Counted from the first letter of the stretch, positions 35,336-48,635 are shown. The stretch: DNA of 64,000 bases from Hamiltosporidium tvaerminnensis FI-OER-3-3 (GCA_022605425.2 JAKIMF020000001.1:1302001-1366000); one strand, 5' to 3'. Numbers and translations: made by a program. The notes: generated by a model from the sequence alone, not told the origin.

Positions 35336-35638
35336 TCTAGGTAATCTAAATAATTTTATATTCATATTTCATATAATATCTTTGTAAAATCGATAAATTA
35401 AATTTTTTTATTTAAAATTTTATATTTTTAAAAATTTAAAACGTCATTGTTTAGTAAAAAAACCACTAATTTTTGTAATAAACACCCGATGCGCATTTTT
35501 TATTGTAATTTAATCTAACAAAAATTTTGTTTCCTAATTACAAAGACAATTAAAGGAGTCTTATGTATTTTAATTATGAAAAAATAATTTGCAAAAAAAA
35601 TGAAGCATTTAAAAGAAATCACAACAAAGAAACTTTAT

Positions 35639-36631
35639 TTATTCATCCCGCTTACTTAATCGATAAATAATTATAGCTGCACCAACTGCTATTATCGAAC
35701 CAACTGTAATAAGACCTGTTTTTTTCCCTAATGCAGTTGTTGGCCTTGACATCTCAAATTCAACTTCCAAAAACTCCCTTTCTAATGTAACCAATTCCTG
35801 ATAAATATTGTCATTTAATCTTTCAATAGGAATTTTATTGTCAATTTTGTCATAAAATTTTACTAAAAGTAGAAAGGGGAAGCTGGTTGGACAGCAAAGA
35901 AAATAACCGTAAACTGCAAGTATATCCTCAATACTAACTAAAGATCTTATAAACCATGTCAATGTAGTATTCATATACTTTAAACTTTCATCGACATAAA
36001 TTTTTTTATTTCTTTTGGCCATCATCCTTATAAAAATACTGTTGTAACGAAGATACATTTTAAAATTGTCATCAACCAGGGGTAAATATTTTTCTTTCAA
36101 TACATTTGTAACAGTGACACACGTTTTCTTAAACAATTCTTCATCTATAAATTGATCGTAATCAAAATTATCTGAAGAAGTAGAAGCATCAGAAAGTCTA
36201 CTTTCACTCATTTTAGAAGTACTTTCATTTTCTGACATCCAAATAACATTATCTTTACTAAGAGATGTAGAACTGAGATTTATGTTACTTTTATTAGATT
36301 TAGATTTAATCTCAGCGATATCAATTTGCTTCAATTTTTCTTCAACTATATCTTTAAAATTATAATAAACAATCACTGAAACTATTTCACTCATACTTTG
36401 TAAATACTCAACTGGAATTGTTTTAAGTACTTTAAATAAAATTTCCTTAAATATTTCTTTTCGAGCAAGCGAAACTTTATCTTCGCCCTTTAAAAATCCA
36501 AAAGATCGTTCAACATCAACTTCAATGGTATGTAATTCTTTTTCTTTTTTACGTTTAACAAAATATGTTTTAACATCTCGTTTCTCTTTTGAATATATTT
36601 CTATCGCTGCTTTTATATCAAAACTTTTCAT
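35639..36631 (-). CDS. TBC/Rab-GAP domain protein with C-terminal membrane anchor (Gyp8/TBC1D20-like)
   Basis: IEVDVERSF (IxxDxxR arginine finger), EYLQSMSEI (YxQ glutamine finger), a Ser-rich insert and the C-terminal TM GLITVGSIIAVGAAIIIY. Confidence 0.8.
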   Translation of the reverse strand: MKSFDIKAAIEIYSKEKRDVKTYFVKRKKEKELHTIEVDVERSFGFLKGEDKVSLARKEIFKEILFKVLKTIPVEYLQSMSEIVSVIVYYNFKDIVEEKLKQIDIAEIKSKSNKSNINLSSTSLSKDNVIWMSENESTSKMSESRLSDASTSSDNFDYDQFIDEELFKKTCVTVTNVLKEKYLPLVDDNFKMYLRYNSIFIRMMAKRNKKIYVDESLKYMNTTLTWFIRSLVSIEDILAVYGYFLCCPTSFPFLLLVKFYDKIDNKIPIERLNDNIYQELVTLEREFLEVEFEMSRPTTALGKKTGLITVGSIIAVGAAIIIYRLSKRDE

Positions 36632-37686
36632 TATTCCACGGTCTCTTTTTTTTCAAATTTTATTAAAAAGCTATAAAAAATAAGTGATTGGTTCTTTTTA
36701 TAAAAAAGATGAATTTTTAACAGATAAACCCCTTTTTTATATATTTTGATTGATTTATCTTTAGATTTAATGGTCTTTTAAAATATGATTGGTTTAATAC
36801 TTTTTAAATGTTTAATAAAGTTTTTTGAAATCCGTTTTAATGATTATTTTTGAACTAATTCTTCTTCTTTTTGTATCATTTAAAATTTAAAACATATCAA
36901 AGATTACAAATTGATTTAAAAATCTTTAAAAAAGAAGAATTAATTGGCAGAGGATAAAGTTATAAATAAGGTGCTTTTAGAAAAGATAAGACGTAAGATT
37001 TTAATAATATAGTATTAAATAAGATATGATATTCGAAATATCTGTATTTATAAAAAAATTAATAAATGTATTTTCTTAAATATGTATTCTTTATAAGTAT
37101 TCATAAAAAACTTGCAATTATTTGCATTAAAATTTAGGATATTCGTAATATTGGCGTTGTACCAACGGGCAAAATATTTTAATATTTTTTCTTTTAAAGA
37201 AATTGCAAATTGTAAATAATTTATATGGAATGTTGACTTTTTTTCTTTAAGTGTACAAAACAACGTAGTTTAATAAACTATGATATTACTTTTCTTCTAA
37301 GGTTTAATATTAAATGAATTTCTAGTTCTTAATATTTTATGATTCATAATTATGTTGATATTTGTTTTTTCAATTAATTTTTTTTACTGGTATACGGCTA
37401 TTTATACTGCTATTTATACTGCTATTTATCTTATAATCTCAGCAAATTTACTTATTTCAGTCATAAAATCCACAAGATTGCTTTTAAGATTTCAAGTATT
37501 TATCGATTAAATATTATGTTTTTATATTGGTTTATTTATATAGTAAGATCAAGATATATGAGAAATATCTTTTTCGATGAACTCCTTCGTTTTTCTTTTC
37601 GCATATCTTTGAAGCTTAATCCAATAATTAGCTCTCTTGTTCTAAAAAGAATTGTAATAATTGCATTTTAGGTGGTTAGTTTTAAA

Positions 37687-37914
37687 CCATGTCTCAATTC
37701 ATGTCTCTATTCATATCTCAACTCATGTCTAAATTCATGTCTAAATTCATGTCTCTATTCATATCTCTATTCATATCTCAATCCATGTCTAAATCCATGT
37801 CTAAATCCATGTCTCTATTCATATCTCAACTCATGTCTAAATCCATGTCTAAATTCATGTCTCAATTCATGTCTCTATTCATATCTCAATTCATGTTTAA
37901 ATTCATGTCTCAAT
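37687..37914. repeat. 12-bp minisatellite, 19 units (consensus TCATGTCTMAAT)
   Basis: Directly visible units such as CCATGTCTCAAT, TCATGTCTCTAT, TCATATCTCAAC and TCATGTCTAAAT. Confidence 0.95.
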
Positions 37915-40900
37915 TCCGAAGATTTATGTTTCTTGATATATATTTAAATGTACAATGTAACTATAACATACTGGCCTTTTACAGAACAATTTACAATACC
38001 GCATCTATAAATATTTCATAACATATATACCAGCTAGCCGTATTTATATGTCTTTTACAATCCAAGGAAGGTCTGAAGAGATAGCCTTTAACTTATAACA
38101 CATTATTTAATGAGTGTATACTGACTTGACTAAAAATTTTACTGCTACGGATATCCTTATGTAATTTAAATTAAAACGAATAAAATAAACTTTTCAAATA
38201 AAACATGGCACGGTTTTTCGAGCTGATACTGATGAAATTTTAATATTTCATTACAGAATTTCAAGGTTCAGTTTATTGCTTGAAAATCATAAATCAATAT
38301 AGATCGAAGAAATTAGATGTATGAACCCAATTATTTTATTAAAACACTAAATATTTTTGCAACTATTTATCTTTCTAGTTTTAATTTTATAATTTTTTAG
38401 TTTATTCTAGAATATCGATATTGTTGCTACAAATACAGGTCTGATGAAAAATCTCAAATCTTTAAATTATATGATAAACTAGAAAAACTATGCTTCTTTT
38501 AAAGCTATATGACGCAAGAAAAATTGATCTTTGTGTAATAGTTATTCCTCAAGATGTCTAAAGAAAGGAGATATAAAACAGCAGGAAAAACAGATTCCAG
38601 CTATATAAGATAAAAATAATATGTGAAAAGGCATAAGGAAAGGTTCGATACAGTGATCGGTTTAAGGTTATTCTAAGCGCTTGGTAATTCAATGAGAAAG
38701 TATTTAAACACCGCCATAGTGAACGAACAATAAATATTTAGATGCATCCGCCTATGATCTATAAGAATATAAATTTAAGTATACAAAACAAATCTAAGCC
38801 GCTGGGATCAAGAAATTTTTGAAAAAGACGTATTAATAAAATACATGACAGAATTACGTCTGATATTAAATATTTAACAATGAAATTAACGCATTTATTC
38901 TATCTAAATGCAAAATTAAACTTATACTTATTGAAGTAAGAATTGTTTCTCTTATTTCAATTCAAATGAGGAAAGCATAGAGCTTACTAGCTACAATCTG
39001 TTAGTAAATTTCTTGGTCTTATTTATTATATTAGCTTAGAGCCAATTCCGTATGTGATAACCCGGGATCTTGTTGAGATAAAATACCATAAAACTTATTT
39101 TACAGACTGCGGATACCGTTAAATATAGAGACAAATATAGATAAATATTGTTTAAAATTGTAGAGAAACCAATTTATTTTGATCGCATGAGACCTGTGTG
39201 GGAATAAAGCTCAAAATAGTGTTATATTAGAAACCTTTATGAATAAAGAACCAATATTCCTTTTTAATAGAACCAAGTAAGAGACTGATGATGTTAAAAA
39301 AGTAAAAACACAAAATGAATCTTTTTATTTGCACTGCCTCAACCACTTTAAATGACCGAAAATCCACACAAGAAAGATCCAATGCAGAATGGGAAAATAA
39401 AAAGATTAAGTAGTAAAAAATAGTATGTAAAGTAGAGTAAAATATTTTTAAATGAATTTAAATTTTTACAAATAATCTTTTAATAATTTATGGTAATTAT
39501 CATAAGGAATTAAATATAAAAATATAATTCACTTTGTACAAAATAGTTTGGTTTTAATGTTTTCTAGGTATTGATTTTATAAAAATTGAAAAATGTCCAA
39601 GTTTTTTTTTTCGAATTTTTAAATTTAAAACGTAAAATAAAAAATTTTTGGAAACCTTTTTTATGTAGTTTCAAGAACTAGGATTATAAAAAATACATAT
39701 TTCTGTTCCAAAATAAAAAAATTTCAAGCAATATAATGCTCGCCTATCAGTATATATACGTAGAAAAAACTCATAGGTAAACAAATGAAATCACTTGTAC
39801 TAAACCAAAAATAAAAGTTAAATAAATATTTTATTGTAAATTATATTTAAAAATGAAAAAGAATCGACTGTAATCATATTATAATAACGCAACTTTTTAC
39901 TAAATCACCATCTTTAATTAAAAGTGGCATAAATCATATTTTTTTCATAAAATCAAATCAGATAAATGTTTTGATAGACAACTGCTTTTAAAATTTTATC
40001 AAAAATCTTTGGATATCTTCATCAAACGCCTTTTCCGAGAATAGATGTAAAATCCCGTTCGAAGTACGAGAAAGAAAGCATAATTAGTTATTTTGCGTTT
40101 TATATGACTTGATCGCAGATTATGACCCAACTTGGCTTTTTTTGGATCAGAAGTCTTTCTGTTGGAGTTATATTAAATAAAACAAACAGATGTCCGATTT
40201 TATATATTTTGGCTATTTATGTGGGTTCTATATGAAGTTATGAATTCATACCGACAGATGTAGCAGGAAATTGAATTTCCTGGCTTCAAAAGGATCAATT
40301 TTTGTATTCTCATATGCCAAGTGTTCTAACTGAGTAAATGAGGCAGGTTTTTCATAGTTTTTAATGGAAATTACTTGTAATTCTAACATTGGTTCTAAAT
40401 CTAGTAGAAAAAGACCTCTAACTCAAGATTTTAGAGATTTTTTCTTCTTATACAAATTACCATGTAAAAAACATATGAAGCAATGTTTTCATCTTACGAA
40501 AAATTTATAAAAATTAAATTCATATCAATAAAATCTAATAATTGCTAGGCGAACGTTTTTTTATGAAGCAAATATTTATCCACCAATAAGAAGTATATCT
40601 TTATGTACACAAAGAATTTTTTTTATCAAAACTTAAATAATTTTCGATATCAACTTTATTCAATTTTGTCTTATTTATCTCTTTTCTCAATTTGTGGTTC
40701 TAAAGTATGTATTTTGATTTGATCTGTTGCCAATAGTTTACTCTTTTCTATATTTTCTGTCTATGCTTTCATTTCTATGATTTTTTTTTTCACATTTCAA
40801 ACTAAAAAATTCAAAAAAAATGACAGGTGCAATTCGGAATATATTTAGACATCATTTTGACTTAATTTACTTTTGAGATCTAATTTTAATGTTTGAAATT

Positions 40901-40966
40901 TTTGATTGAAAAGAAAATAATATATATCTTTAAAATATTTAAATAATTTTACGGAAAAAAGCCTAA

Positions 40967-41832
40967 ATGAAATCAAAAACTATCTTATATATATTTTTAG
41001 GAATACTATTATCGATTGGTGGAATCATCTCGGTATTATGGATAATTTACAATGAAATAAATTTGGTGGAAAAAGAAGTCATCGAACAACTAAGAAAAGA
41101 TACGATCTATGTTAAAAATAAATTTGATAACCAAAAAGAATATTCTTCCCACGGGTTCCAATTGTTTTGATATTTCTCCGCTTAAAACAAAGATTATATC
41201 TTTTTTAAAGTTTACTAATGACCAGATTATATATATAACAGACCAAAATTATGAGAAAAATGATTATGATGCAATATTATTTTGTACTGACTCAAATATT
41301 AGATATTTAAATGATCTAGATAAATTAAAAAATGAAAGAGTAAAGCGTTTTTTTTTGGAAAAGTTTATATATAATATAGAGTGTCAAAGCTATTATTGGT
41401 TTGAAAAATAGTTATGAGCCTCACTATAAAAGCGCCATGATTTTCTTAGATCAACATATTCTTAAACCTTTCAAATTCAATAGCACATTTTTGAAATTAT
41501 GTGAAAAATTTAGGGGAAAAAGGTATATTTTTTCGAGATTCTTAGAAGTTTTTAAGATATCTGAAATTTCTGAAAAAACGGGCGAAGGAAATATTTTTAT
41601 ACATCATAAAGAAGGCAGAATACATGGCCCGTACTATTCCCAACGCAATGAATTTAATTTTATTGTATTTTTTGACTATGAAATTTTTATTTACAAGTTT
41701 TCTAGAGAAAAAAATACTGAAGACAAATTTGAGTGGTCAATAGCGAAAAATCGCTTCGATTTTAGGGATTTGAAGACAGAAAACATCGAAACTTATGCTT
41801 TTTTAAAGACTTATATGCAATTCTTCAAATAA
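40967..41832 (+). pseudogene. Membrane-anchored hypothetical gene split by two frameshifts (pseudogene or assembly indels)
   Basis: ORFs 40967-41170, 41109-41411 and 41401-41832 overlap end to end and join into one ~288-codon protein with an N-terminal TM helix. A CC motif precedes the ATG. Confidence 0.65.
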
Positions 41833-41894
41833 ATTTACATGTTGAGCTTTTAAAAATTTTATATTTCGTTTTTTTAATATTTTTAATAATAATA

Positions 41895-42005
41895 CATAAA
41901 TAAAGAGTCGGATTTGGAAGAAGAGACAAAAGTGGTTAAAGAGGTAGAAGAAAACATATGAAAAATGGTAAAAAATATTTTAACCCAGAATTTTATTAAA
42001 TAAAG
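41895..42005 (+). repeat. Dispersed ~100-bp repeat, copy 3
   Basis: Near-identical to copies 1 and 2. Flanked by TTAATAATAATA at 41883-41894 and 42006-42017 (low complexity). Confidence 0.85.
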
Positions 42006-42445
42006 TTAATAATAATAGTTTAATTACATGATCATAGGCCAGATATATTCATTTTAAACAAAAAGCAGAATAATATAACTCCAATGAGTAGGAAGAATCA
42101 TTTTCTAAACTCGTTTCAAATATTAGAAACGAAGAAGCTTACGAAGTATGACCTATTAGCAACTGTGTTTTATCTTATTTATAAATTTGGTGTAGTGATA
42201 ATTCTTTATCTGATAAACTGAGACGTTATAATGGCAGAATACAACAAAAAGTATCTTAAAAGACTACAAATGCCCATGAATGCTGAGACAAAATTCAGTC
42301 AAAGGTATCAAGAATAAACTCGAAACGCTTTATTTTGCTCGATCAAGAAGACTTGAGCCAGAATTAAATGTTGCTGGGTTTAAACTCAGCGTCATTGGTG
42401 TTTTTGAAAGAGCTGGATGCATAAACAACCATACACCCTTTAAAG

Positions 42446-44864
42446 CGTGGGGTTTTAACCATAAAGTCAGCGGCATCCCCTTGAATCTAAGACTGGTCTA
42501 CGCATTCCTAATGAAAAATCGTCTCAATTTTTGCAAATTTGTTGTCTATTTAAAAAAATTAAACATTTTTTTTGAAAAAACTTGAAAATATGATTTCTAT
42601 TAATTCAAATATTGTTGTTGCTTGTTTAATATTGTATTTGTAAAGCAAAGCTCATTTTTTTGAAGATACTCGCGTAGGTCATAACTTGAATTTAAGCAAT
42701 TTTTTGCTTTGGTTTTTATGGGCAAAAATGAGTAAAAGCCCATTTCACATAAGAAGTTGTAGCAAACCGCATCAGTAACTACGATGCTTTCTTTTTCAAC
42801 AGTGTACACTCAATCGTTGTAATTCTAATTCTTTGAATTAAATTTGAACTGTTTACTGCCTAGATTGCAAAAAGATTGCCTTTTTTAAAATCACTATCAT
42901 CCATAAAATTTAGGTTATAAAGAAATGGGTTCGGTATTAATTCTTGAGTTGTAATATTTACAGCAGAAAAATATTCTTTGAATAATTCTCTCAAAAATTG
43001 CAAATTCATTGCAATGTCGAGTATAGTTATATTTTCTTTCATTTTCTACAACAATTGAATCAAGCAAGAGAAAGTTCACAAATTCTCAATTTCAACTTAG
43101 CGCACTAACATCTCTAGTTTCCCAAAAAATAAACATAGTTTCCCAGTAGCTCTTATTATATTTCGTACCAAATCCGTGATAGATATTTCCACTTTATTTA
43201 AGTGGCTATATATGTCTTCTAGGTAGCATTATATAAGAATAGCATCTTTATTCTCAAAATTCTAACTAAATCACAGTTTCAATCAGTCATTAACTGAAAA
43301 TTTCTTTTCGTAATTCAAAAACTCGATTGATCATGCGGCCATGAAGAGCTATTATATTTTATTTTGGTATAGAAGATCGCCATGACAGCTCCAAATATTT
43401 CACAAAAAAAAACAAATCAATTGAACCTCGTCTACGGATATATTTACTGCGTATATTGCATCATTAAGTGATGTTTAAAGTCAGCGGCAAAGCTTTTAAG
43501 GCATGTGCATGGCGATGTAACATGCGGTAATTCCCTTTTCATATAGGAAAAAAATACATAATGTTTCCCTAAGATTACAGACCTCATCGGTGCATATTGA
43601 TTTTATCATATTCGATGGTAATAGTTATTTAAAAAAATCTTTTATGTAATTAAAAACATCAATTACTCTCGATGTAAACTCCATTAACTCACAAAATAGA
43701 AATCTCTCTATCATTTCTTTTTCTTTTACATATCGCACAAATACCAGCAGCTGGCTGTAATTATCAACATCAGTTAAATCATCCTAAATGTATACTTATC
43801 TTCAACAAAGTTACTTTTATGACATCTATTATTGCGGTAAAATATCTTTACTAAGATCTTTAATCGCGATCGAATTATACAATTTAGTAACAGAATCTTC
43901 TGGATTACATTATGTGCTTCGGATTGCAAAAATGTAATATCCATTATTAATGCGCAAGGTTTTATCAATTTTTCTACGATCGTATTGGGTTTTTTTCATT
44001 GCACACAAATGTGCCAATTGATAGAACGCCTCCAAAAAGATCCTCTCTGAATTATTGGCCTGTATAATTTTTGATAGTATCACTGTAATAATCGAGTCTT
44101 TTTTGACTCAAACTATCAATGCTATGCGTACTTTTACACCGTAAAAATTGTTAAAATGCTTTAATAACGTTGAGCGTTTGGTTGTGCTGTTTGAAAATAT
44201 CTTACGTCATAAAATACATTAAGGTCGTTGCATATCATATTCTTTTTGTACAACTGAATCGATAAGCTGCATACTTATCGTCCTATTGGCGTTTTTTTGA
44301 TATGAATGGGTTCCCTATGATCAATTAAATTCTTATTTCTAAATCTATTTAACTATCTAAAAATAACAATAAAAATTTAACAAAATATATTTTGAATTAA
44401 TGAGTAAATTACTTATGTTTGTTTATTCATATAATTTCCTTGGCTTAAGTCACTAATCAATTAAGAGTGTGTACATTGATAAGAAATATTCACACTTGAA
44501 ATTATAAATTCATTTTTCACATATTCTTCTCAAGTAGTTTATCGACTAACCGCTTGCAGATGCATACTGCTAGACCTAGAGAAAGAGAGAAGAAATGGGT
44601 TAAAAGTCTATGGTTTTGGAAATGATGAGCTCATTTCGCTGATAAATATGATGCGATATTGATCACGGCTATCTATTTATTTGATGGTTATCTTATGCGT
44701 ACTGAAGAAATATTCTATATACATATCCCGAGTTCTAGTATATTTTTATTTTGCTAGGAAAAAAACCCATAATCATTAATTTCTTTATGAGCTTAAGTTT
44801 TTGCCAGAGACCTATCCCACACCCTCAAAAATATCATTCCGCACCCTCAGTTAAGAACCATCTG
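42446..44864 (-). mobile_element. hAT/Buster-family DNA transposon (ZBED5/SCAND3-like transposase pseudogene) with 8-bp TSD
   Basis: Identical flanking 8-mers CTTTAAAG (42438-42445 and 44865-44872). Ends read CAGATGGTTCTTAAC (minus strand) and CGTGGGGTTTTAAC. Minus-strand remnants: BED-finger-like QRP*CIL*RKIFSNSTTKRSTLLKHF, TDVDNYSQLLVFVRYVKEKEMIERFLFCELM, ICTDE, MLHRHA, and the dimerisation motif LCEMGFYSFLPIKTKAKNCLN...DLR. Confidence 0.9.
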
Positions 44865-44974
44865 CTTTAAAGCAATTGAACACCAGAAGCAATGGTGTTT
44901 AAAAAGTCAATACCAAAAACATTTTACACCTGATTTTAGTTGCTTACACAGTTGAGGAATTGACATTTAACGTG

Positions 44975-45086
44975 AATAAAAAGTCGGATTTGTAGGAAGA
45001 CTGTGAAGTGGATAAATAAACGAAGAAATTATACAAAAGAGGTTAAATTTTCAATCGAGATTTTAATTGAATAAAGTTTAATTACA
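44975..45086 (+). repeat. Dispersed ~100-bp repeat, diverged copy 4
   Basis: AATAAAAAGTCGGATTTGTAGGAAGAC...AAGTGG...GAATAAAGTTTAATTACA aligns loosely to copy 3. Confidence 0.55.
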
Positions 45087-46234
45087 TATTTGTGAGTTTA
45101 TAGTTGATTTTTAACATATAAATTGATATTAAACCAGAAATTCAAAGTTTTAAGAATTTAGAAGCGTGGTGGTATCTATTTAAGTTTAAAGCTTAAGACT
45201 TCTTCAAATAAGAATATAGGGTAGAAGATGTCTTGTCTATAACAGTCAAAACAAACTATATTCTATTTTAGACAGGGAAGGCCAAATCATGAAATACATA
45301 GAAACTTTGAAAAATCAATGACATCAGCGTACATAAACGTTTTGATACGAGTATAATATACAAGTTTGTTGTTTTTTTTCCTATATACACGTATTATTCT
45401 TAAAAAAATAGTAGATTGAAGTCAAATAAACGAACTGATAATTCTTTTGTTTAAATATTTAAATATGTAGATATAAGACTAGACACCAGAATAAAAAAAA
45501 TCAAAATATCAAATAAAATACGATATTATTCGTTTTAGATTGGAAATTAAATAAGATTTTAATCTTTGATATCAAAATTGCTTTACAAGATTCACGTCAA
45601 AATGTCAAAATGAAAAAATGACATGAATATTTGCTTGTAAATAAGCTAAGCCAATTCTTTGGGTTTGCTAAAAGCCATGCCAGGATGATACCCCGAGACC
45701 ATATCAATACCAGATACATATGCCATATGTTTAAAGTTTATTTTTTATAGAATTGAAGCAGGGATTTAGTTTATACCGTTTAAAAAATCATTTTTTTCTT
45801 TTGTTTTACGAAAATAATTTGATTTAGAGTTTAACTATTAGATCCATAAACTAAATAGCGGAATTACAAACACAAAAGGAAATATATCAAAACATAATCT
45901 ATTTTCTAAATATTTAAGGTATCAACGGGTTTTATTAAAAATTAGACAGTTAGGAATAGAAACCCTGTGACATATATAAAATACGAAAATATTAAATATT
46001 CACTGTAAATGTAAAAAAAGATAAGTAAATGGTTAAAAAATTCTAAATTTATTTATAAATCATAAAAACCAAAAATTTCCATACCATGCAATCTAACTAC
46101 CTATTGAAAGAAAATATATTTCTATATTTACTTAGAATCGAATTTTAAAAGGAATACCAATGCTATACAAAGTAACTCCCCAATAAATCAAAACATGGTG
46201 TTTAATTCGTTCTAAGATATATATTTTAAAAAAA

Positions 46235-46723
46235 TTATATTCCTACATTGATTTCTTTAACTATCTGATTATAATCAATAGAATCACAATTTTCACCAAA
46301 AACAAATACATTTGTATTGCCAAAGATCTCTCTGCAATCTTCTTCTACAACATTCATAATTTCACACATAAGATTCTCTTGTATTTTTTCTTCAGAATAT
46401 TCACGTATTTCATATCTTTGTCTCAATACATTTAATGATGATTTTAATATAAAGATTATATCAAATTTAATTTTACAAACAATTTCTGGTGTATGTGTAT
46501 CAATAATGTACGATTCTAATGGTTGTAAATATTTATTTAAACTATTTCTAACCTTCTTACTTTTAAATGTAAAAGTATCGTATCTTTGGTCATATTCATC
46601 ATATAACTTTTTGCTTTTTATGTATTCGCTTAAATCAATATGTGGCCATAAAAAATCTACGTGTAATTTTTTTGAAATAAATGATTTTCCAACACCCGGT
46701 GTACCACATATCAAGATTTTCAT
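46235..46723 (-). CDS. FAP7: Adenylate kinase 6 / Fap7 (40S maturation ATPase)
   Basis: ILICGTPGVGKS, LYDEYDQRYDT, IIDTH and REYSEEKIQENLMCEIMNVV. Confidence 0.92.
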   Translation of the reverse strand: MKILICGTPGVGKSFISKKLHVDFLWPHIDLSEYIKSKKLYDEYDQRYDTFTFKSKKVRNSLNKYLQPLESYIIDTHTPEIVCKIKFDIIFILKSSLNVLRQRYEIREYSEEKIQENLMCEIMNVVEEDCREIFGNTNVFVFGENCDSIDYNQIVKEINVGI

Positions 46724-48635
46724 TGAATGGGTTTTTGTTTTGGCAAAATTTTTATAAAAATAATGGAAAATTCATTTTTTTTTTCAATATACAAGAAGCA
46801 AAGATAAATGGACAATCCATACTTCTAAATACAGTATACACACAATGAATTAAAAGAAGCGAAGAAAATAAAGACGTAAAATATTTAACTCCTAATTGTA
46901 GATTAAAAGACTGAAAATGTTATACTGATTCCAAATATAAAATATGACTTGAATATAAAAAACGAAGCAAATAAAACTAGAAGCTGTAAAAATAAATAAG
47001 AAGGCAAACAACCCAGTAATAAATTAAATTTATATAAATGGATATTTCTTTAAAAAAAATGTTTATTTTCGAGTCTCTATCTGATATTAAGGATTATATA
47101 ACCTCGTTAACAAGGTAGAAAAAAGGTACAGAACAATGACCCTTGTAATCTTAGAAAACATTTTATTCCCCAAATTACAACATAAAATAGGATGCTGATT
47201 TACATCGCTTTCCGGTTAAAGAGAATATTTAAAACGAAAAAAAAATTTTAATGATCATATAAGGCTAAAAGATATTATAAACCAATAGCTTAACATCTTA
47301 TAGAACTTAAATGGTTTAAAGTTGAAATTTAATCTGAAAATTTTATATTTACACCGTAATTAAAGTCTGTCTAAAGATGAAAAATACAATAATATAACTC
47401 CTATATTATCTGTGTAAATTTAATGCTTTAAAATTACTCAATTTTTTTTCAAAGATCGGTATTCTAGATTGAATAACCGCCAATATAACGTTAGCTTCTG
47501 TATAAATTTTTTAACTTAGCTAGAATATTAATGTAAGTATTTTTAAAGTTATTTCTTTTGAAATTCCTAATCTATTGAAACTGAAATAAACAAATATGAT
47601 TTTTAAATTTAGTAATATATTATGGTTAAATTGGTGTTAAATGCCTATTTTTTTACTTTGTTTATAGTTTTCTATATTATATGGAGAAAGAATATCCAAA
47701 GTAAAAAATTTCTGATTGGTAATGAATGTGTACAATTCGTATTAAAATCATTGCTGCCATTGGGATGGAATAAAAAACAGACTGGATCTACAGACCAATC
47801 CCATATATTTCCGAGTTACAACTAATTGAAAAAATCAAATGGAAAACATTCATTTGCTCATCCTCGATAATGAGAGGTAAAAGAGGAACGGAATAATTAA
47901 TAATTTTCGATATTAAGAATTGCTTTAGATTGTTTACTGCAATATTGAAACCGTGTTATATCCAAAAATCATATTTCGCTTATTTTTGGGGCAGTTTACA
48001 CAACCTAATAAAAGTTAAGCACATTATTCTTACAATCACTCTGATTCCGTAAACAGTATTGATTTAATTTTATACTAAAAGACAAATGTTTACAATTGAA
48101 CCTAATATTTGCTTTTCAAAAACATATAAAAATGATTAAAAGATAAGAAATATAATAATTCACACTTTATTCTCTAGAGCGAAAGTATGTGAAGAATTTT
48201 TCAACAAAATAATAGTTAATTTGTGACAAATATTCGGTTTTTTAAATTTCAATTTACAAATCAAAATTCGGAAAGTAGTATAATTATTACTCGTCAAAGA
48301 AGACAACCGATATAATAAAAGAGGAGTTTTTTAGCATTCAAAAGGAAAATATACGATTTTTTGTAAAAAATCTTCATAAAAACGAGTTTTAATTTCTTAA
48401 TAGACTTCTAAATGGTATAAATAGAAATAAATAAAAAGTAAATATTTTATACCTTTTTATAAATTAATTTGTGTTTTCGACACTTTTTTCTCATCCAGGT
48501 AATTATTCTATGGAATATATTATTATTGCTTTACTAAGTTAATTTTAATATCGAATATATTAAAAAAATATGATGAAACTATTTTAAAATAACTATTTTG
48601 TGTATTTTTGAATTAATTTTATTAAAAAACGTGTT

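Noticed and set aside
37672-38021. Two + strand ORFs (CLNS and MSKF repeats)
   Set aside because: By-products of a 12-bp minisatellite lacking stops in those frames.
41895-45086. Repeat copies 3 and 4 as paired LTRs of one retroelement
   Set aside because: They are much more diverged from each other than copy 3 is from copies 1 and 2. No shared TG start or TSD was found.
46808-47053. ATG-initiated frame divergent from FAP7 with five internal TAA codons that reads plausibly if TAA=Gln, suggesting a variant genetic code or RNA editing
   Set aside because: All long genes here, including AT-rich ones, have no internal stops and mostly end in TAA. The stop density is what random AT-rich DNA gives. 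A 26-nt GT..CTAAT..TAG intron candidate (~46876-46901) does not restore a frame.
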